A DNA stretch of 64,000 nucleotides, taken from a virus. The notes under the pieces were generated by a model. It ran no database searches, was not told the origin of the DNA, and saw only the letters and a program-made list of their open reading frames with translations. Each line of letters starts with the position of its first letter. The stretch's first letter is position 1. The translations under genes and the position numbers were made by a program. This document shows positions 47,475 through 55,582 of the stretch, piece by piece. The stretch lies in IMG/VR virus record IMGVR_UViG_3300045988_167643; one strand, 5' to 3'.

Positions 47475-48595
47475 TGGGTTCTTGGGCGCAAGTAAAACAT
47501 TCCGTAAAATCGGTGAACCCTAAGTCTTAGGATATGGGAATACCGAGATCCTACTACAACATAGGGGATTGTAACGCATAGATGGTGAGCGTTATGTTAG
47601 CAATAATCCATCCACGAGTACGGATCAGTAGGGGATAATCAGAGGAGGTAATAAATCTGATTATTTATAAAGCAACAAATTTAATTAACAACAAAATATA
47701 TATTGGACAAACTACTAATTCCTTAGAATATAGAAAAAATCAACATATTAGAGAAGCAAAGTGCGAAAAAAGAAAATCTGTTTATTTTCACAACGCTATA
47801 AACAAATATGGAGAAAATAACTTTACTTTTGAAGAAATAGATTCCGCAGATAATATTGAAGAATTGAATGAAAAAGAAAGATACTGGATTAAATATTACA
47901 ACTCCAATTACAAAGTATTTGGATACAATCTTGATTCTGGAGGATGTAATGGCGGAAAAAAATCTGAAGAGACCAAAAGAAAAATAAGTGAGACTACTAA
48001 GATAAAATGGCTAAATCCTGAAACATCAAAGAAAATGTTGGCTGGATTACGAAAAGGAAATGAAACACAAAAGAGTAAACCTAAAAAAACAAAAGTACTT
48101 ACTTGCGCATATTGTGGAAAAGAAATTGTTTTGAGCACATGGGAAACTAACAGAAGAATTTATTGTAGTGATCAATGTGCTACAAATGCTAAAACTTGGC
48201 AAAAAGGTGTAGATATTGCAGCGAAGAAAAATCATGAAAATAATATTATTCATAAAAAAGAAATAAAAAAAGATATAGAAAAATGGGTATTACAAAATAA
48301 AAATTTAGTATTAAATTGTCCAAAAAATAAAATAAGAGCAACATTATCAAGTTTAATCAATATAATTAACAAAAAATATGAAATAAAGGATTTTAGAAGT
48401 TTATTTACTTGTTTTGACAACGTACATAATATGAAATCATTTTTAATAGAATTACAAAATATTATCCCCGAAGAAAATGTATGCTAAGCTGGTCTGAATT
48501 GACAGACGTATTCCGTAATGTTTTACTTGCGCTTTATGGATATGGGAGAAATCCCCAGAACTATAGGATAAAAAGCCTATAGGGTAATAAAACAG
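47475..48595 (+). mobile_element. group I intron (1121 nt) carrying a GIY-YIG homing endonuclease gene
   Basis: P1 pairs exon CTTGTGCT(47467-74) with the internal guide GGCGCAAG(47485-92), placing a U.G at the splice site. The terminal G is 48595. Splicing restores NPCA-EEPLPAGGSC in frame. A GAAA-capped hairpin and a 7-bp hairpin lie in the 3' part. Confidence 0.8.
47657..48487 (+). CDS. GIY-YIG homing endonuclease (intron-encoded)
   Basis: LIIYKATNLINNKIYIGQT...YRKNQH...FHNAINKYG...NEKERYWI is the GIY-YIG module. An in-frame TAA at 47636-38 and GAGGAGG at 47642-48 force a non-ATG start (CTG 47657 or ATT 47660). Confidence 0.8.
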   Translation: MIIYKATNLINNKIYIGQTTNSLEYRKNQHIREAKCEKRKSVYFHNAINKYGENNFTFEEIDSADNIEELNEKERYWIKYYNSNYKVFGYNLDSGGCNGGKKSEETKRKISETTKIKWLNPETSKKMLAGLRKGNETQKSKPKKTKVLTCAYCGKEIVLSTWETNRRIYCSDQCATNAKTWQKGVDIAAKKNHENNIIHKKEIKKDIEKWVLQNKNLVLNCPKNKIRATLSSLINIINKKYEIKDFRSLFTCFDNVHNMKSFLIELQNIIPEENVC

Positions 48596-50062
48596 GAAGA
48601 ACCACTTCCAGCAGGTGGGAGCTGCCTTCTCGGAAGTATTAATTTAGCTGAGTTTGCAACTTCACATGGATTTAATTTTGATGATTTTAGAAAAACAGTA
48701 CATATTGCAACAATCGGATTAAACGAAGTCCTTGACGAGGGATTACCATTACATCCATTACAGGAACAGAGAGATTCTGTAAGAGATTGGAGACAGATTG
48801 GACTTGGAATTTTTGGTCTTGCAGATTTACTTATTAAGATGGGTATTAAATATGGAAGTCCTGAAGCTATTGATTTATGTGATATGATCGGTCATGCAAT
48901 GGCTGATGAAGCACTTAAAACATCTGCTTTATTAGCAAAAGAGTATGGTCCATATCCAAAATATAATCCGGAAGCAGTTGAGCAATCTGCTTATTATTCA
49001 AAAAATGCTCTTGGTGAAACAAAACAGCTTGTAAAAGAGTATGGTCTTAGAAATTCTCAACTTCTTACAATTGCTCCAACCGGAACACTTTCTACAATGC
49101 TTAGAGTATCTGGTGGAATCGAACCAATTTTCGCAAACTATTATACAAGAAAAACAGAATCTCTTAAAGGACATGATGAGTATTACAAAGTGTATACCCC
49201 AATCGTAAAAGATTATATGGAAAAAAATAATCTAAAAGACGATTCTGAATTACCAGATTATTTTGTAACTGCACAGACACTTGATTATAAGAATCGTATC
49301 TATATGCAGAGTATTTGGCAGACACATATTGATGCATCAATTAGTTCTACGGTAAATGTACCAAATAATTTTACAGTAGAACAGGTTGAAGGATTATATA
49401 TGACAGCCTGGGAAGCAGGACTTAAAGGTGTCACAATTTTCCGTGATGGATGTAAACGTGCAGGAATTCTTACAACGTCAGATAGTAAAAAAGATGATGA
49501 AACATCTGAAAAGCCTAAAACAACTCTTGGCAGAGGAATGATCATTAAAGCTGATGACAACTGTGTTGGTAAGAAACGTACATTACAGACTGGATGTGGA
49601 ACATTGCATTGCGAAGCATTCTTTGATCCAGATACTGGAGAACTTCTTGAAACATATTTAAGTAAGGGATCTTCGGGCGGCTGCAACCAGTTTATGATCG
49701 GGCTTTCCAGAATGATTTCTCTTGCAGCAAGAGGTGGAATTGATATTTATTCAATCATTGATCAGCTTAAGTCAAGTGGAACATGTCCGTCATATGCAGT
49801 AAGAACAGCAACAAAACACGATACATCAAAAGGATCTTGTTGTCCTGTTGCTATCGGAAATGCTCTTATTGATATGTACAAAGAAATGCAGGATGAAATT
49901 TCTGATGATTCAGAAGAGATAATTGATACACCAAAACAGCCCAAAAAGAAAATCATTGTTGATAAATCAAAAACAGCAAAATGTCCTCAATGCGGTGGAA
50001 ATTTAGTTTTTGAAGGTGGTTGCAATACATGTAAAGATTGTGGTTGGAGTAAGTGTGATTAA
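48596..50062 (+). CDS. nrdJ: class II ribonucleotide reductase, exon 2
   Basis: The frame is open from 48572. EEPLPAGGSCLLGSINL continues the active-site Cys loop. APTGTLS, VNVP and TIFRDGC follow, then a C-terminal zinc ribbon CPQCGG..CNTCKDCG. Confidence 0.85.
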   Translation, partial: EEPLPAGGSCLLGSINLAEFATSHGFNFDDFRKTVHIATIGLNEVLDEGLPLHPLQEQRDSVRDWRQIGLGIFGLADLLIKMGIKYGSPEAIDLCDMIGHAMADEALKTSALLAKEYGPYPKYNPEAVEQSAYYSKNALGETKQLVKEYGLRNSQLLTIAPTGTLSTMLRVSGGIEPIFANYYTRKTESLKGHDEYYKVYTPIVKDYMEKNNLKDDSELPDYFVTAQTLDYKNRIYMQSIWQTHIDASISSTVNVPNNFTVEQVEGLYMTAWEAGLKGVTIFRDGCKRAGILTTSDSKKDDETSEKPKTTLGRGMIIKADDNCVGKKRTLQTGCGTLHCEAFFDPDTGELLETYLSKGSSGGCNQFMIGLSRMISLAARGGIDIYSIIDQLKSSGTCPSYAVRTATKHDTSKGSCCPVAIGNALIDMYKEMQDEISDDSEEIIDTPKQPKKKIIVDKSKTAKCPQCGGNLVFEGGCNTCKDCGWSKCD

Positions 50063-50115
50063 GTAAATAATTATGGGAGTCTTAACCGGCTCCCCCTTAT
50101 ATGGAGGAAATCAAG

Positions 50116-50478
50116 ATGAATATTAATGACATTCACGAAAAATATATTATTCATAACAAGATGGATTTTAATAAGCTTCGAAATAATGGCTTTAAAATTT
50201 ATGGTGACCACGCATATTTTAACAAATTTGTATATAAAGACATTGATAGGTTAACAGTTGACATTGATTTGTCAGATAATACATATACACTCACAGTTAC
50301 AGATATGGACCATGATGAGATATATTTTCCTATTTACAACTGGGATTGTGGTAAAAATTATGAACTTGAAGAGGTTATCGAGAATGTCATTGCTACACTT
50401 GATTCCCTCTGCACTCAAAAAATCCTATGGAATATAGAAAAGAAAAGGAAGAAAAAACATGTACAGCACAATAAATAA
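50116..50478 (+). CDS. hypothetical protein
   Basis: GGAGG lies 7 nt upstream of ATG 50116 (the track start is 50101). Confidence 0.6.
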   Translation: MNINDIHEKYIIHNKMDFNKLRNNGFKIYGDHAYFNKFVYKDIDRLTVDIDLSDNTYTLTVTDMDHDEIYFPIYNWDCGKNYELEEVIENVIATLDSLCTQKILWNIEKKRKKKHVQHNK

Positions 50479-50731
50479 AGGTGACATGGTTTATTATGCC
50501 AGGATTCAGAAAAAGAATGGTACTTATGATCTGTGCGAATTAAAAGTTCGAACAGTTGGAGAAGATTACTTTTGCGGAGTTGATAAAAAAGATAAACGTG
50601 CATACTTATTTGGATATAACGCTCTTGGCGATTATGTATTCCAAACTCGTAAAGAAGCATTAGATACGCTTCACGCTGCAGAGAAAAATAAGGTAGAAGT
50701 AAGTGAAGAAACTTACTACGAAGAATATTGA
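50459..50731 (+). CDS. hypothetical protein (90 aa)
   Basis: ORF track. Confidence 0.55.
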   Translation: MYSTINKGDMVYYARIQKKNGTYDLCELKVRTVGEDYFCGVDKKDKRAYLFGYNALGDYVFQTRKEALDTLHAAEKNKVEVSEETYYEEY

Positions 50732-50736
50732 GGTGA

Positions 50737-51408
50737 ATGCCTATGAGTTATTTAACACAGCATTTTAAAGGTAAATACAGAATTGTACCTGAGTTATCAC
50801 CGGAAAGCCATGATGTACCAAGAGAAGAAGATGGAACAGTTGATAAAAGTTATGATGACCTATATATTAAATGCCAATTCGGTAATAAAATTTATTATTA
50901 TGGTCGAGGTACTTTTGTAGCTTACATCCCAAGCATTATTCGTGGGAAAAATATTTTAAAGAAACTTGATGAAACAAATATTCCATATTCAGATCCACAC
51001 ATTTATGATAGTGAAGTAGAGTTCAAATTTAAAACTGCCGATATGAATGCAGTTGCAAATCTATTAAAAGCATCATCATTTGGTGCTGATATCACGCCTT
51101 ATAGTCTAAAAAATTTCCCAAAAGCAAATGTTACAATACCAACGGATAAAATGGATGAATATAAGAAAATAATCGCTGCTATTCAGAAAGAAGACTTATT
51201 AACTTTCTCAAGATTTACACAGTCATTTTTATATGATGTTCTTGCAAAAAAGCTTGGTCGTAGAAATAAACCATTTGATTATAAAACTGATATGAAAAAG
51301 TTAATGATGGCGCGTCAGACTAAAGAGTATATCTACACGAAAAATATGTGGGATGAATATTTGAAATATTTAGAAGAAAAAATTGAGAAATTTTACAAGG
51401 AGAAATAA
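50737..51408 (+). CDS. hypothetical protein (223 aa)
   Basis: ORF track, with GAGGTG RBS. ATG 50743 is an equally plausible start. Confidence 0.65.
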   Translation: MPMSYLTQHFKGKYRIVPELSPESHDVPREEDGTVDKSYDDLYIKCQFGNKIYYYGRGTFVAYIPSIIRGKNILKKLDETNIPYSDPHIYDSEVEFKFKTADMNAVANLLKASSFGADITPYSLKNFPKANVTIPTDKMDEYKKIIAAIQKEDLLTFSRFTQSFLYDVLAKKLGRRNKPFDYKTDMKKLMMARQTKEYIYTKNMWDEYLKYLEEKIEKFYKEK

Positions 51409-51410
51409 TT

Positions 51411-52046
51411 ATGAGAGAAGTTAAAACAGATACTGTAAATTTTAGTCTTAATCTTGCTGATTGCAGTCCAGCAGTGACAAATGTTGTTATGCAAACACTT
51501 CAGAATACATTCGATAGTCTGCGGAAAGTAATTGAAACAGATAAAGAAGAACAAAAGAAGAAAGAGACTAAGAATCACTGGAAACCGATTACTAGTGAAA
51601 AATATTTTTTTACTTATAGTAATGGAGATGTCGATTCTGTTATTTGGACTGAAAATAAAGCAGATAAAGGACGCTATGGTCTTCGAAATGTTTTTAGAAC
51701 CAAAGAAGACGCAGAATTTGAGGTAGAGCGTAGAAAAATCATGGCAGAACTTCAGAACTATGCAGATAAACACAATGGAGAAATCGCCCATCCATCGTAC
51801 GCATTCTGGCTTGCACTTGATGAAGACGACATGTCAATTACTGTTGAGAACGATTCATTTCTTCCACCGGTAGGTACTGTACTGTTCTCTAATGGAGATA
51901 TAGCTTACGATGCGATTGAAACTATTGGTGAAGACAGAATTCTTAAATATATGTTTAGAGTTAATCCAAATAAAGAATTGCATTGCAACGGTGATTGTGA
52001 ATGTTGCGATGAATATGATCCATGGGACGAGGAGGATGAAGATTAA
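51411..52046 (+). CDS. hypothetical protein with acidic C-terminus
   Basis: ORF track. Confidence 0.65.
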   Translation: MREVKTDTVNFSLNLADCSPAVTNVVMQTLQNTFDSLRKVIETDKEEQKKKETKNHWKPITSEKYFFTYSNGDVDSVIWTENKADKGRYGLRNVFRTKEDAEFEVERRKIMAELQNYADKHNGEIAHPSYAFWLALDEDDMSITVENDSFLPPVGTVLFSNGDIAYDAIETIGEDRILKYMFRVNPNKELHCNGDCECCDEYDPWDEEDED

Positions 52047-52576
52047 TGAAGAGGGTAGCAAAATTTGAGAAAGTAAGCTATAAGCAGTTTGAAAAAGATT
52101 ATTTAGATACATTTGGACTTGCAGGTGATGATACATCTAAGAGACTCAGACAAGAAATTGAAAGTATGTATTATGGATTAGAGTTACCTACAAGAGCTAC
52201 AAAGTTTAGCGCAGGATTTGATATTAGAACTCCATTTTCATTTACACTAAAGCCAGGAGAAGTAATTAAAATTCCAACAGGTATTAAATGTCGTATGAAT
52301 ACAGATTATGTTCTTATGATTTACCCAAGAAGTGGACTTGGATTTAAATATCAGTGCAATCTAGTAAATGGAACAGGAATTATAGACTGCGATTTTATTA
52401 ACTCTGACAACGAAGGTCACATTTTTATTAAACTTGTAAATCGTGGAGATAAAGAGTTTTCAGTAACAAGTAATGCAGCTATCGCCCAGGGAATTTTCTT
52501 AGAATATGGAATTACAGAAGACGATCATGTAGAAGCAACTCGTAACGGTGGGTTTGGATCAACTGATAGGAAATAA
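52046..52576 (+). CDS. dut: trimeric dUTPase
   Basis: Carries SAGFDIRT, PRSGLG, GIIDCDF and RNGGFGSTD. Confidence 0.85.
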   Translation: MKRVAKFEKVSYKQFEKDYLDTFGLAGDDTSKRLRQEIESMYYGLELPTRATKFSAGFDIRTPFSFTLKPGEVIKIPTGIKCRMNTDYVLMIYPRSGLGFKYQCNLVNGTGIIDCDFINSDNEGHIFIKLVNRGDKEFSVTSNAAIAQGIFLEYGITEDDHVEATRNGGFGSTDRK

Positions 52577-52585
52577 GAGGTAAAT

Positions 52586-52804
52586 ATGGATACATTTTAT
52601 TATTGCGCATTAGATGAAAATTCTAAAACATGTCCAAAACAGAACATTTGCAAAAGGTACACTCATAAAAAGGGTGTACCTGCTTCAGAAGATGCAAGTG
52701 CAAAATTGTATAATATCTGCAATGATAAATATGGATATAAATTGTTTTTAGAAGATGAAGATATAAAGGAAGATGAGAAAAATGACAATAACAAAGAAAT
52801 TTAG
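52586..52804 (+). CDS. small Cys-containing hypothetical protein
   Basis: ORF track. Confidence 0.5.
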   Translation: MDTFYYCALDENSKTCPKQNICKRYTHKKGVPASEDASAKLYNICNDKYGYKLFLEDEDIKEDEKNDNNKEI

Positions 52805-53027
52805 AATGAATACGCCAAGTGATGCAGAATTTATTGCGAAAAAATTATGTAAATATGATTATGATATTGATGCGGTCATTGGAAGATACGTAATTGATGC
52901 TAAATCACTTTTAGGGTTGCTTTCTTTAACACCTCCTAAAATTATTGATATCAGCATTCATACAGACAATGTAAAAATTGCAGAGGAAATTTTTAATAAT
53001 ATTTCAGAATTAAAGGAGACCGAATAA
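52782..53027 (+). CDS. HPr-like domain protein
   Basis: VIDAKSLLGLLSL...IDISIHTDNVKIAEEIFNNI parallels the HPr core (..NAKSIMGVMSLG...I.A.G.DE..A...I). The N-terminal active-site His region is not obvious. Confidence 0.45.
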   Translation: MTITKKFRMNTPSDAEFIAKKLCKYDYDIDAVIGRYVIDAKSLLGLLSLTPPKIIDISIHTDNVKIAEEIFNNISELKETE

Positions 53028-53929
53028 TGGAATATGAATATGGACTGATGACAAAAGCCGATAAATATCTCGTAGAATCTATCTATAATATCCTTCAAAA
53101 TGGTATTAAAGATGAAAATCCTAGACCAAAATATGAGGATGGAACACCTGCACATACCTATTTTGTGACACATCAAATGCGTCAATATGACCTCTCAAAA
53201 GGTGAATTTCCAATCTGTACTTTACGTCCAATTGCATGGAAAAGTGCAATCAAAGAGATGTTTTGGATCTTCCAAAAAGAGTCAAATAACCTCAAGCTTT
53301 TGAATGAAATGGGCGTGTCGTATTGGAATTTATGGGATATTGGAGACGGTACAAATGGATATAGATATGGTCATACAGTACACCGTTATGACCTGTTTAA
53401 AAAGCGTGTTTTAGATGATATCAAGAACAATCCATATGGACGTTATCATATTTGTAATCTCTGGCAAGAAGAGGAATTTAAAGATGAACCAAACGGATTA
53501 AAACCATGTGCTTATGAGACCATCTGGACAGTACGTGGAGAGTATTTAGACCTATTTTTGAATCAGAGATCAGGTGACTTATTAGCTGCAAGCGGTGGAG
53601 GTGGAATTAATGAAGTACAGTACGCTGCACTGCTCATGATGGTAGCTAGACACGCTGGATATAAACCTGGAAAATTTACTCATTTCGTGGCAAACGAACA
53701 GGTATACGACCTCCATATTGACCAGGCAAAAGAGTTAATTCATCGTGCAAATGAGAGACATTTAGTCACTTTTGAAGCGTTAAAAAATGGCGAAATTGAT
53801 AAAAATTTGATGCCAAAATTGGTATTAAATCCAGAAAAAAATAACTTTTACGACATGACAATTGACGACTTTTCTATGGGAAATTACAAGCCAATGAAGC
53901 CACAATTGACACTACCGTTGGGTATTTAA
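53027..53929 (+). CDS. thyA: thymidylate synthase family protein (divergent ThyA)
   Basis: Catalytic Cys context LKPCAYE, NQRSGDL, and INEVQYAALLMMVA in place of PFNIASYALL. The C-terminal ...LPLGI resembles the ThyA terminus. Confidence 0.7.
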   Translation: MEYEYGLMTKADKYLVESIYNILQNGIKDENPRPKYEDGTPAHTYFVTHQMRQYDLSKGEFPICTLRPIAWKSAIKEMFWIFQKESNNLKLLNEMGVSYWNLWDIGDGTNGYRYGHTVHRYDLFKKRVLDDIKNNPYGRYHICNLWQEEEFKDEPNGLKPCAYETIWTVRGEYLDLFLNQRSGDLLAASGGGGINEVQYAALLMMVARHAGYKPGKFTHFVANEQVYDLHIDQAKELIHRANERHLVTFEALKNGEIDKNLMPKLVLNPEKNNFYDMTIDDFSMGNYKPMKPQLTLPLGI

Positions 53930-53942
53930 GGAGAGAAAATTT

Positions 53943-54935
53943 ATGTTATCAGCAATCGTTTGTATGGATAATTTTGGTGGAATCGGCAAAGATGGTGACT
54001 TACTTTATAAGATTCCAGAAGATATGAAAAGATTTAAAGAATTAACAATGGGACATTCTGTTATCATGGGAAGAAAGACATGGAACAGTATTGGTAACAA
54101 GCCACTTAAAAGTAGGAACAATATTATCCTTTCTACGACACTTAATTATGCAGTAGAGCCAATCAATATCAATGAAAATAATGGATATGTTACAGATGTT
54201 AATGTGCTAAAAAAAATGACAAAAGAAGAAATAAAATTTATAGCCGAAATTCCGCTTAAATATTTTGCAATCGGTGGAGAAAGTATCTATAAAATGTTCT
54301 TACCTTATTGCGAAAAAGTTTATGCAACAATCGTTAATTTAGGCGATAGATGTATCTCTACAGCAGATGTATTTTTTCCAATTGAGTACCTTCTAAACAA
54401 TTTTGATGAAATTGAATCTATAGATAATACATACGGTAATTTATCATATAGTTTCAAAACATTTGTTAGAAAAGACAATTGCAAAACTGTATCCCACGCT
54501 TATTCTGATCCAGTTTCTGGACATAATGCAGTAGATAATCCGTCTCATTATTGCGGAACAAAATACCAGGTAATTAATTTTATAGAAGACTGGGGACTTG
54601 GTTATTGCCTTGGTAATGTAGTTAAATATATCTGCAGAGCCGGTAAGAAATATGTTGGTGACAAGCAAAAAGAACTTCAGGATTTAAAAAAAGCTAAATG
54701 GTATCTTGAAAGAAGATTAGAAGAGCATAAAAATGGTGTTGAGCTTGATTCTGATGATCTGAAAATGAATATATCTATAGACGATTTTGTAGAAGATCAA
54801 AAGCTCAATTATATTCGTAAAAAAATTATAAAAAATGTTACTGATTGCGTTTATGAAGAAATTGACACTAAGTTTTATGCCGCCTTAGAGTTGCTTGATA
54901 CAGAAATTAACAGGATGGAGGATGAGACTGCATGA
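53943..54935 (+). CDS. folA: dihydrofolate reductase fused to a DUF3310-like C-terminal domain
   Basis: The N-terminal IVCMDNFGGIGKDGDLLYKIPEDMKRFKELTMGHSVIMGRKTWNSI is DHFR. The C-terminal NPSHYCG...IEDWGLGYCLGNVVKYICRAGKK...DLKKAKWYLERRL matches the DUF3310 signature I recall. Confidence 0.8.
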   Translation: MLSAIVCMDNFGGIGKDGDLLYKIPEDMKRFKELTMGHSVIMGRKTWNSIGNKPLKSRNNIILSTTLNYAVEPININENNGYVTDVNVLKKMTKEEIKFIAEIPLKYFAIGGESIYKMFLPYCEKVYATIVNLGDRCISTADVFFPIEYLLNNFDEIESIDNTYGNLSYSFKTFVRKDNCKTVSHAYSDPVSGHNAVDNPSHYCGTKYQVINFIEDWGLGYCLGNVVKYICRAGKKYVGDKQKELQDLKKAKWYLERRLEEHKNGVELDSDDLKMNISIDDFVEDQKLNYIRKKIIKNVTDCVYEEIDTKFYAALELLDTEINRMEDETA

Positions 54936-55072
54936 TTACACTTAGTATTGGTACATTTATTTGTATTGTAGGCTGCACATTTGTGGTTGGTGGAGTAGTT
55001 GGACTTATTCTTACAGCTTGTCTTACTGCCGGAAGAAATAAAGATGATGATGATATTGATCAATATCCGTAA
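54932..55072 (+). CDS. small membrane protein (46 aa)
   Basis: Read by hand. ATG overlaps the folA stop (ATGA). A hydrophobic core is followed by an acidic tail. Confidence 0.4.
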   Translation: MITLSIGTFICIVGCTFVVGGVVGLILTACLTAGRNKDDDDIDQYP

Positions 55073-55120
55073 TATATTAAGCAAAATAAGTAAAATATTG
55101 CGAAATTGGGACTCGAACTA

Positions 55121-55149
55121 TTGCAAGAAATATATAAATTTCGTATAAT
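55121..55149 (+). promoter_or_regulatory. near-consensus sigma-70/SigA promoter
   Basis: TTGCAA (55121-26), an exact 17-nt spacer, then TATAAT (55144-49). Confidence 0.65.
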
Positions 55150-55155
55150 GACTTC

Positions 55156-55316
55156 AAGGTCAGAAGTACTATGTTCGAGGGCAATAAACTTTAGCGTAAA
55201 ATGGGGCAAATTTTTTAGCCTGAAACATCAAACAAAATAGTTTACTTACAAGGAACTTATAAGAACAAGAACATAGAAAATGACCTTTGATATTTTTATC
55301 CGAGGTCATTTTTTTG
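55156..55316 (+). ncRNA. candidate ~160-nt sRNA or terminated leader upstream of the Tn7-like genes
   Basis: Runs from the predicted TSS about 7 nt after the -10 box to an intrinsic terminator. It contains no ORF. The 5' AAGGTCA can pair with the terminator 5' arm. Confidence 0.5.
55277..55316 (+). terminator. intrinsic terminator
   Basis: ATGACCT(55280-86)/AGGTCAT(55303-09) plus an inner GATA/TATC stem, followed by T6-7. Confidence 0.7.
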
Positions 55317-55582
55317 TGCAATTTGACGAAAAGTTCAAAAAACAGCCAAAAATAGCTCAAAATCGCGATTTTTCCAAAAATCGACTTTCTAGAAGTCAAT
55401 AAAAATAAGGGATTTAAGTGGGTCATTTTCCCGATAAAATTGTGATTTTATTGTAGTCAAGTTAACATGCACAAAAGAGGAAAATCTTGCGTCAGAGCAA
55501 ATTTTGACCGGAATAAAAGAATAAAATTTTTGCCTCAAAAAAGGCTAAAAGCAATTGCCCTTCGACATAGTATTTTTAACCT

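Noticed and set aside
47475-48595. Intein instead of intron in the ribonucleotide reductase
   Set aside because: In-frame stops occur 7 codons into the insert and again before exon 2. The insert carries its own RBS and ORF in another frame. A P1 helix with a U.G at the junction fits a group I intron.
55105-55121. tRNA 3' fragment (GGGACTCGAAC, reverse complement GTTCGAGTCCC) as an integration scar
   Set aside because: The flanks do not form a T stem or an acceptor stem on either strand.
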